Shown: one piece after another, positions 7,571-14,240 of the stretch
How the letters are laid out: every line of letters begins with the position of its first letter
Position numbering within the stretch: the first letter of the stretch is position 1
DNA from: Myxococcota bacterium
GTDB taxonomy: Bacteria; Myxococcota_A; Polyangia; Polyangiales; JBCCZL01
Reading direction: 5' to 3'
Assembly: GCA_039187775.1 (NCBI GenBank)
Contig: JBCCZL010000024.1
Coordinates: 1-32,674, forward strand
DNA length: 32,674 bases
Notes under the pieces: generated by a model
What the model was told of the DNA's origin: nothing
The model's database searches: none
Seen by the model: the letters and a program-made list of their open reading frames with translations, nothing else
Translations under genes and position numbers: made by a program

Positions 7571-9109
7571 TTACCAGCTAGCTCGATAGATCCACGCCGT
7601 GTATCCAAACGCTTCATTCATCGTGCTGAGCCCCGAGTCGAAGCCTCCGACGTAGAAGGCACGACCCGCCTCGTCGGGGAATGGTGAAGCGACGATGCTT
7701 CGCACCGTGCGAAGTCCGCCGGCGACGTCCTCATTGGGCACCGGCTCCGCCGGATCCCAGACCCGGCCGTGAGAATAGGTTCCGTCGGGGTAGCGCACGA
7801 GGTACCAGCCCGAGTTGCCGAGCGGGGTGCCGATCCCCGCCGGGTGGGACAGCCAGAGGCCGACCAGCTGCACGGCGCGGCTATCGGTAGGGTTTTGAAC
7901 GGTGACGAAGTCGTTGGCTGCGATCTGTCGCACGACGGCGTCCATGCCAAAGGCCTCCGAAAAGTAGCGGGTCACGTCGAGTTCGACCTCGGCCGTCCGC
8001 GTCCGCGGATCGATGGCGAGCACTTCGCCAGTAAACCCTCGGCCGGCGAGCAGGACGTTTGGGGAGCTGGCCTGCGGAGAGCGTCCCGCAGTGAGCCCTC
8101 GAATTTGCCGATCGAGCTTGTGGCCGATGCGTGCCTCTTCGGCTTCGGCGGCGTGCGACCACTCGTAGACGTGTTCCCAGCGAGGGGCTGGGCCGTCGAC
8201 CCGTCGGTAGAGCCCGCCTCGGCCGGGAACGGAAGGATCCATTTCCAATGACCAGTAGAGTATCCCGCCCAGGACCGCGGCCGCGGGCATCCGCTGACCG
8301 TCGGGCATTTCGGTGCGATGGTCGAGCTCCGGGACATCGGACCAAACGACCCGACCGGGCGGCGTCGGGTCGTAGGCGCCTCGGTAGATCGTGCCTTCGT
8401 TGGCGGCGATAAAGAGGTGATGGACGCCAGTGACGGCATCGATGTGATCGATGATCGTCCGGATCTCGCTGTCCCATACGGTTTCGGCGCCGCGGATCAG
8501 GCTCTGCTCCCACACGCCGGCCTCGCGCCGGGCGTACACGGAGATCTCTCGGGACGCTCCAGTGGCCGATGCCAAGAGTACCCTCGCCGGAGGATCGAGG
8601 CGGGTTCCGTTTGCGTCGGTCGTGAACGTGACGCTGCGGAGATGCTCGGCGCGAGCGTGAAATGGCCCGAACGAATACTCGAGCTGCCAGGGAGCATCCG
8701 ACCGGGGCTTCACGAGCACCTGGGGGCCGGTGGTCATGCCGGTGTTCCATCCCTCCTGTTTCCAGGTGCTGACCGTGGCGTAGAGCCGCTGTTCGAACGC
8801 GGCGAGATAGTTGACTTCGACGCCCCCGAGAAGGTTGCCGTTTGGGTCCGTGGTACCAGGAAAATAGTCGCGTGCGAACGACAGTTCGGGAAACGGGGCG
8901 TCAGGACGCGGGACATCCTGGACGTCGATTCCTGTGTCGCTGGGCTCACCATCACCCGCGGCTGCGTCGGAGACGATGTCCGTACTGCCATCTCGTGGGG
9001 TGCTTGGGTCTTCGGTCCCGCACGAGGACGCGAGCATCAGGAGGAGCACAATCTCGGAGATGCGGGCGAAGACACGGGATTTGCAGGCGTCGGGTATCTG
9101 TCGAGGCAC
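7571..9109 (-). CDS. hypothetical secreted protein / lipoprotein (512 aa)
   Basis: The N-terminus MPRQIPDACKSRVFARISEIVLLLMLASSCGTE looks like a signal peptide with a lipobox-like LASSC. The rest is W/Y/G-rich (possibly a beta-propeller). No motif recognised. It is convergent and directly abuts the GH5 stop. Confidence 0.6.
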   Translation of the reverse strand: MPRQIPDACKSRVFARISEIVLLLMLASSCGTEDPSTPRDGSTDIVSDAAAGDGEPSDTGIDVQDVPRPDAPFPELSFARDYFPGTTDPNGNLLGGVEVNYLAAFEQRLYATVSTWKQEGWNTGMTTGPQVLVKPRSDAPWQLEYSFGPFHARAEHLRSVTFTTDANGTRLDPPARVLLASATGASREISVYARREAGVWEQSLIRGAETVWDSEIRTIIDHIDAVTGVHHLFIAANEGTIYRGAYDPTPPGRVVWSDVPELDHRTEMPDGQRMPAAAVLGGILYWSLEMDPSVPGRGGLYRRVDGPAPRWEHVYEWSHAAEAEEARIGHKLDRQIRGLTAGRSPQASSPNVLLAGRGFTGEVLAIDPRTRTAEVELDVTRYFSEAFGMDAVVRQIAANDFVTVQNPTDSRAVQLVGLWLSHPAGIGTPLGNSGWYLVRYPDGTYSHGRVWDPAEPVPNEDVAGGLRTVRSIVASPFPDEAGRAFYVGGFDSGLSTMNEAFGYTAWIYRASW

Positions 9110-9352
9110 CCCTAGATGCTAGCTCGGATGAAGCGCCGCGGGAGAGATTAAATTAGTTGCTTAAGCATCTACTAGACGTTGGTGTCTCTGTTCGAGGACG
9201 GCGCGGCGAGAGCTTGGAGCGATGCGCACAATTGTTGGCCCGGTTCTGTGCTGTGGTGTGTCCAACGGGGGCGGAGTCCGCGCATCGAGCGCAAGGCGAT
9301 CCGATCGAGACATTTCGATAACATGCCATTGACCGACTACTTCAGAGGTTCC

Positions 9353-10444
9353 ATGCGAGTCTTTCCTCAGGCCTTCATCTTTCTGCTCGCACTGCTTGGC
9401 TGCGGTGGTGACGATTCCGCGTTGGATGACGCCGCGGTGGCCGATGCGTCGACGGACCTCACCGACGCGGAAACCCCCATGACGGACAGTGCGGGCGACG
9501 GCGCGGATGGAAGCGATGGCTCGGACAGCCAGGCGCCGAATTGCGAGCCGGCGACCGTGACGCCCGGACCCACCATGGCCACACTGAGCTTCGGCGCCGC
9601 CGACCGCCAATACCTCCTGTACATTCCGACTTCCCTCGTTCAGCCGGCCGCCCTCGTGCTCGCATTCCATGGCGGCGGAGGGGCCGGAAGCATTGGCTTG
9701 CTTCAGGGCACCGGGCTCCGCGCCAAAGCCGATGAGGAGGGGTTCGTGCTCGTTGCGCCAAGCGGTATCGGCGGGTTCTGGAGCGCGGGGTCCTGCTGTG
9801 GCCCGCAGGCGGTGGATGATGTCGGGTTTGTTCGCGCGGTGATCGACGACGTCGCCAGTCGGGTGTGCCTCGATCCGAGGCGAGTGTTCGCGACCGGTCA
9901 CTCGAATGGCGGCATGATGGCGTATCGGTTGGCCTGCGAGCTTTCGGACCGAATCGCGGCGGTAGCTCCGAGCGCGGGTTATCTCGTGAACATCAACAAT
10001 GGGCGCCAGGGTGCGCCAGTGGAACCACCGACCACGATCTACGAGTGCCTACCCACGCGGCCCGTGCCGGTGCTCACCGTCCACGGCACGGGAGATACCT
10101 GCGCGCCGATCGAGGGAGGCCCCGTCACATGTGGGGGCACGCTCCTTCGACCGCCCGTCGCCCACGGCGTCGACATTTTTCGCGACCGCAACGGCTGCAC
10201 CGGCGAAGGAACCGTGAGTTTCGAGAATGGGGCCGCCCGATGTCTCAGCTACGCACCGTGCCGCGAAGGGTCCGACGTCGTGTACTGCACCGTCGAAAAC
10301 GGCGGCCACACCTGGTTCGGCAATCTCGGAATGACCAATCCCGAAGAGTTCGGCGGCGTCTACTCCGACGACCTCATCATGCAAAACGCCGCCTGGGACT
10401 TCTTCGCGTCCCACCCCATGGCGCAACCCGGGGGGACGAGGTAA
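9353..10444 (+). CDS. secreted alpha/beta-hydrolase esterase, poly(3-hydroxybutyrate) depolymerase family (LpqC-like)
   Basis: Start chosen at ATG 9353 (MRVFPQAFIFLLALLGCGG, a lipoprotein signal). LVLAFHGGGGAG...FVLVAPSG...VFATGHSNGGMMAYRLA carries the GHSNGG nucleophile elbow typical of esterase_PHB / COG3509. The last codons and the stop (GGG ACG AGG TAA) lie inside the terminal repeat of the MITE-like element. Confidence 0.75.
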   Translation: MRVFPQAFIFLLALLGCGGDDSALDDAAVADASTDLTDAETPMTDSAGDGADGSDGSDSQAPNCEPATVTPGPTMATLSFGAADRQYLLYIPTSLVQPAALVLAFHGGGGAGSIGLLQGTGLRAKADEEGFVLVAPSGIGGFWSAGSCCGPQAVDDVGFVRAVIDDVASRVCLDPRRVFATGHSNGGMMAYRLACELSDRIAAVAPSAGYLVNINNGRQGAPVEPPTTIYECLPTRPVPVLTVHGTGDTCAPIEGGPVTCGGTLLRPPVAHGVDIFRDRNGCTGEGTVSFENGAARCLSYAPCREGSDVVYCTVENGGHTWFGNLGMTNPEEFGGVYSDDLIMQNAAWDFFASHPMAQPGGTR

Positions 10445-10634
10445 TTTTTTTCCTCACCACGATCGCTAAACCCTCGAAATTACAGCGCCCGCGTTTCGCT
10501 CATCGAGGACTCGCGACGCGTTCCTGAACCCATGACTTTTCGGGTGTTGGGCGCACGCCGATCCGCCGAATGCTGAAGCGAGTGATTCCAGGTATTTGGC
10601 GATCGTGGTGAGGAAAAAAATTACCTCGTCCCCT
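10432..10634. mobile_element. MITE-like element of about 203 bp with 35-bp perfect terminal inverted repeats (GGGGACGAGGTAATTTTTTTCCTCACCACGATCGC)
   Basis: Left end 10432-10466 and the reverse complement of right end 10600-10634 are identical over 35 bp. Similarity continues imperfectly for about 20 bp inward (CGATCGCTAAACCCTCGAAATTACAG versus CGATCGCCAAATACCTGGAATCACTC). There are no ORFs inside. A related unit pair recurs at 30283-30870. Confidence 0.55.
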
Positions 10635-10683
10635 GGAGTTGTCCTTCGATTGGGTGGCGCGGGTCTTGCTGATGGGGAGGCCG

Positions 10684-11355
10684 ATGCGGATTCGTGACAC
10701 ATGTTGGCTCGCGCTTTTGGCTGGTGCGGTGGCTGGGTGCTCGGCCGCCCATGGGCGCGGTGATGGGGACACCGAGGAGGTCGATGGGCAAGTTCCGGAT
10801 GCGAGAATTCCGGATGGGTCCACTCCCGACCGTTTGGTGCCGGATGGCAGTCCCGATGGGAATGCGTTGGTCTCCACGTGCAGGAGCAGCGCGGACTGTC
10901 CGTCGGACCTCATCTGTTCTTTGTTTCAACCGATCTATCGCTGCGGAGGTCCGGCTCCGTTCCTCGCCTGTTATCCGGGGGATGATCCGCGAGGGGAGCT
11001 CATCGACGGCGAGCTGGACCGGAGATGCGAAGAAGGGGCTCTCTGCGACCCCGACGACTGCGGCGGAAGTGCCTGCGTTCCGGATTGCCGAGGCGAGGAC
11101 GGGGCGTGGTGCGGTCGTGGTCGGACCTGCGACGACACGACGGGCCTGTGCCGGACCGTCACCTGCGACCGCGATCGCATTGCTTGCCCAGACCACTTTC
11201 GCTGCGCGGCGCCGGGGGTCGCCACTGACCTGCCCTCCCGGTGCCAACGCATTCCTTGCTCGGCCGACCGGGACTGCGCGGGAGGGGTCTGTGCCGAGGG
11301 GCGATGTTTCGCGGCCGCGGGACTGTGCGCCGAGCTGACTCCTCCGCCTCCCTGA
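10684..11355 (+). CDS. cysteine-rich secreted lipoprotein (hypothetical)
   Basis: ATG at 10684 preceded by GGGGAGG (short 3-nt spacer). Alternative starts are TTG 10639 and ATG 10672. MRIRDTCWLALLAGAVAGC is a lipoprotein signal. The mature part is Asp/Gly/Cys-rich (about 24 Cys) with no Myxo-repeat periodicity. Confidence 0.6.
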   Translation: MRIRDTCWLALLAGAVAGCSAAHGRGDGDTEEVDGQVPDARIPDGSTPDRLVPDGSPDGNALVSTCRSSADCPSDLICSLFQPIYRCGGPAPFLACYPGDDPRGELIDGELDRRCEEGALCDPDDCGGSACVPDCRGEDGAWCGRGRTCDDTTGLCRTVTCDRDRIACPDHFRCAAPGVATDLPSRCQRIPCSADRDCAGGVCAEGRCFAAAGLCAELTPPPP

Positions 11356-11390
11356 CGCGATGCTTCGAATGCCCGCTCCGACGGGCTAGC

Positions 11391-12359
11391 CTACGGCTCG
11401 CGCGGGAGGTCCATCCGCGGCCCCCACTCTGCCCAGCTTCCGTCATAGAGGCGCACATCCGAGAACCCGAGCGCCCGGAGTACGACGTACGAGACCGATG
11501 CCCGCGAGCCGGTCTGGCAGTAGGTGACGATCGTCTCGCTTCGGTCGAGGCCAGGATAGAGCGCGTCGAGCTCGTCCGTGGAGCGGAGTTCTCCACTGGC
11601 CACATTGAGAGTCCAGTCGACACTGAGTGCGGTTGGAAGGCGACCTGCCTCGTACTCGCCGCTCGAGCGTGCGTCGATCAGATGGAGGCCAGGGCCCGCG
11701 AGCCGTCCGGTAATAAACTCGACGTCGACCCGCCGGTCTTCATCGAGGCCGACCGCGTACTCGCTCGGTGTTGCCCCGGCCGAACCCATCTCCATCGCAC
11801 CCCCTCCTGCGGTCCAGGCGCTGAAGCCCCCGTCGAGGAGTGCCACGCTTTCATGGCCGAAGTACTCGAGCGTCCACACCACTCGGGCTGGCGTCGTGGT
11901 GGTGTCGGGCCCGTACACCACGATCGCTGCATCGCGGCGGAGTCCGGCCGCGCGAAACACCATCTCAGCGGTGGCCTGATCGACCACCTGTCCACCGACG
12001 CCATTGACGGTGGCTCGGAGATCGGCCGCGTCGACCACCGCCGCACCTGGAATATGGCCCTGCGCGAAGGCCACATCTCCGCGCGCATCGACGACCTGAA
12101 GATTCGGCTCGTCGATCCGCTCCGCGAGCCAGGCCGCGTCGACGACAATGTCCGCGCCACCGCAGAGTAGGCCTGCGGGGCATGTGCCCACGGCCTCCCC
12201 GTCGGTGCGCGCGTCCGGGATGGAAGTATCGGCGAGCGATGCGTCGGCGGCCCCATCGACCGGCGAGGCGTCGGAGAGTGAGGCGTCGGGCGTCGAGTCC
12301 GGATCATCGTCGCCGCAGGCGATCAGGACTAGGAGGGGAACAATTACAAGCCGGGTCAT
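11391..12359 (-). CDS. tandem-rhodanese sulfurtransferase lipoprotein (thiosulfate / 3-mercaptopyruvate sulfurtransferase-like)
   Basis: 322 aa. MTRLVIVPLLVLIACGDDD is a lipoprotein signal. There are two rhodanese-like domains, and the C-terminal active-site loop is TYCQTGSRASV (CxxGxR). Confidence 0.8.
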   Translation of the reverse strand: MTRLVIVPLLVLIACGDDDPDSTPDASLSDASPVDGAADASLADTSIPDARTDGEAVGTCPAGLLCGGADIVVDAAWLAERIDEPNLQVVDARGDVAFAQGHIPGAAVVDAADLRATVNGVGGQVVDQATAEMVFRAAGLRRDAAIVVYGPDTTTTPARVVWTLEYFGHESVALLDGGFSAWTAGGGAMEMGSAGATPSEYAVGLDEDRRVDVEFITGRLAGPGLHLIDARSSGEYEAGRLPTALSVDWTLNVASGELRSTDELDALYPGLDRSETIVTYCQTGSRASVSYVVLRALGFSDVRLYDGSWAEWGPRMDLPREP

Positions 12360-12440
12360 AGGTTCTTGGAGTCACGTCGAACCCAAATGGATTCGAAAAA
12401 AATCGCGCGCTGGGCTTTTGGGGACGAACCGGAAGAACCG

Positions 12441-12686
12441 CTAGCCCTTGTCGAGCGCTTGGCGAAGGGTCTCGAGGGCTTCCGCGGACGGTTCGGGGAC
12501 GGGGAGCCGACGCAGCGAGGTGACCAGGGCCCCGAAGTCGGCACCAAAACGCTGGCAGTTTGTGCAGTGGGCCAGGTGAACCTCGACCCGGGCGACGACT
12601 GCGGGAGGGAGATCGCCCTCGAGATAGTCGCTTAGCCCGTCCAGCACTTCGGAGCAGGAGATCCCACCGTCTGTGCGCTCATTCAT
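12441..12686 (-). CDS. zinc-finger anti-sigma factor (ZAS / zf-HC2 type)
   Basis: 81 aa containing HLAHCTNCQ (the HxxxCxxC ZAS motif). It overlaps the upstream ECF sigma gene by 8 nt, the typical sigma/anti-sigma coupling. Confidence 0.75.
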   Translation of the reverse strand: MNERTDGGISCSEVLDGLSDYLEGDLPPAVVARVEVHLAHCTNCQRFGADFGALVTSLRRLPVPEPSAEALETLRQALDKG

Positions 12687-13272
12687 TCAAACCACCCTTC
12701 TCCCGAGCGTTTCGACGTAACGTGGCCGCAAGGCGGAGTCGCGCACGATGAAGGCGGCTCTTCGTCGCCGCGAGGTCGAGGCCGAGAACTTCTGCGGTCT
12801 CCGGACCGGTAAGCTGCTCCAAATCCCGAAGCACGATCACCGCCTGCTGTTCCGAGGGCAGTTCGGCGAGAGCCCCAAGAAGGCTGGTGCGGCGCTCGGC
12901 GATCGTCGCCAGCGACTCGGGATCAAGCACTCCCCAACCCGCCTGCGCACCCAGCTCAAAGAGTGAAGGCACCGGCTCTTCGCGGGTCTGGCGCTTCGCC
13001 ATCCGAAGCGCGGTATTCCGCGCAATGGTAAGCAGCCAGGTGCGGGCGGACGCGTCGCCGCGAAAACTCTTGGCCCCCTGATACGCGGTGAGAAATGTCT
13101 GCTGGAGTGCATCCTCCGCGAGCGCGTGGTCGCGAGTAAACACCCTCGCCATTCGCAGTACCGCGCCGGCATGTCGGGTGACGAACTCCGCGAAAGCGGA
13201 ACGATCGCCCGCGGCGGTGCGACGGAGGAGCTCCTCATCGGAGCTGGCCTTCGGCTGGGCTTCTCCGGCCAT
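12679..13272 (-). CDS. ECF (sigma-70 family, group 4) RNA polymerase sigma factor
   Basis: 197 aa. Region 2 is FAEFVTRHAGAVLRMARVFTRDHALAEDALQQTFLTAYQGAKSFRGDASARTWLLTIARN. Region 4 is LPSEQQAVIVLRDLEQLTGPETAEVLGLDLAATKSRLHRAR. Confidence 0.85.
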   Translation of the reverse strand: MAGEAQPKASSDEELLRRTAAGDRSAFAEFVTRHAGAVLRMARVFTRDHALAEDALQQTFLTAYQGAKSFRGDASARTWLLTIARNTALRMAKRQTREEPVPSLFELGAQAGWGVLDPESLATIAERRTSLLGALAELPSEQQAVIVLRDLEQLTGPETAEVLGLDLAATKSRLHRARLRLAATLRRNAREKGGLNE

Positions 13273-13316
13273 CCACAGTTTCTATGGAGCCAGCCCACGC
13301 AATTCCAAGGTTGCGG

Positions 13317-14111
13317 CTAGCCCGCCTTCGCCACTGGAACGAATTTCCGCCCGAATACCCATTCGGAGTCGGTGGAGCGGGCCTTTTGGAACCGATAGCG
13401 GTCCTTTCGAAAATCCTTAAGACCGTCGCATTGGTCGATTCGCTCTTCGATGATGAAGCGCGCCATCGCACCGCGCGCATACTTCGCCATGAAGCTCACG
13501 ACATTGGGCTTCTTCCCGTCTTTCCAATCTTCGAACACGATCCGAAGCACCGGTGTGTCGAGCTTCTTCGCCTGGGTCGCCTTGAAGTACTCGGCGCTCG
13601 CGAGGTTCACGAGGGTTGGGTCCCCGTGATCGGCGACCACGCCCGCGATCTGTTTCCGGATCCGATCGTCCCAGTACGCGTAAAGGTTCTTGCCCCGTCG
13701 TGTCGACAGCTTGGTGCCCATTTCAAGCCGGTAGGGCTGGATCCGATCGAGGGGTCGAAGCAGACCGAAGAGCCCCGATAGAATGGCCACCCGGCCCTGC
13801 GCCCATTTGAGCGCCTCTGTGTCGAGGGTTCGCGCCGAGAGCCCTCGGTACACATCGCCGTCGAACATGAGTGCGGCTGGCATCGCGTTCTTGTCGGTAA
13901 ACGGGAGCTCGAAGCTTCGAAAGCGGTCGTAGTTCAGCTTCGCGAGATCTGGGCTGATGCTCATGAGCTCACGGACCTTGGTCTGACTCAGCCCCCGGGT
14001 GGTCTTCATCAGATTCGCCGCGTCCTTCATGAGCGCGGGCTCGGTGGTCGATACCGAAATCGGCGGAGGCGTCAGGTCGAGGGACTTTGCGGGGGACAGA
14101 ACAGCGAGCAT
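13317..14111 (-). CDS. yaaA: YaaA-family peroxide stress protein (UPF0246 / DUF328)
   Basis: 264 aa opening with MLAVLSPAKSLD, the hallmark YaaA N-terminus, at the family-typical length. Confidence 0.85.
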   Translation of the reverse strand: MLAVLSPAKSLDLTPPPISVSTTEPALMKDAANLMKTTRGLSQTKVRELMSISPDLAKLNYDRFRSFELPFTDKNAMPAALMFDGDVYRGLSARTLDTEALKWAQGRVAILSGLFGLLRPLDRIQPYRLEMGTKLSTRRGKNLYAYWDDRIRKQIAGVVADHGDPTLVNLASAEYFKATQAKKLDTPVLRIVFEDWKDGKKPNVVSFMAKYARGAMARFIIEERIDQCDGLKDFRKDRYRFQKARSTDSEWVFGRKFVPVAKAG

Positions 14112-14240
14112 GGTCTTTCGAGATTACCTTTGAGAACCAGCGGGCCAAAGGCCGAACATGTATGCCCGCGACTTCTCGCACGGTGGGTGCCCATGAGCAG
14201 TGGCGTGAGGGAAAAACCGTGCAGCGGACGTGGTCCCGGG

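Noticed and set aside
10466-10702. 78-aa minus-strand ORF and the tail of 9865..10527 inside the MITE-like element
   Set aside because: Both simply translate the palindromic repeat (GDEVIFFLTTIAK appears in both). The element is better explained as non-coding.
12366-12635. 89-aa + strand ORF overlapping the anti-sigma gene
   Set aside because: Antisense to a ZAS anti-sigma gene with the HxxxCxxC motif and sigma-gene overlap coupling.
13273-13316. Possible ECF-type autoregulatory promoter (GGAAT ... ) upstream of the sigma gene
   Set aside because: Only a loose -35-like GGAAT could be seen by eye with no convincing -10. Too weak to call without a motif search.
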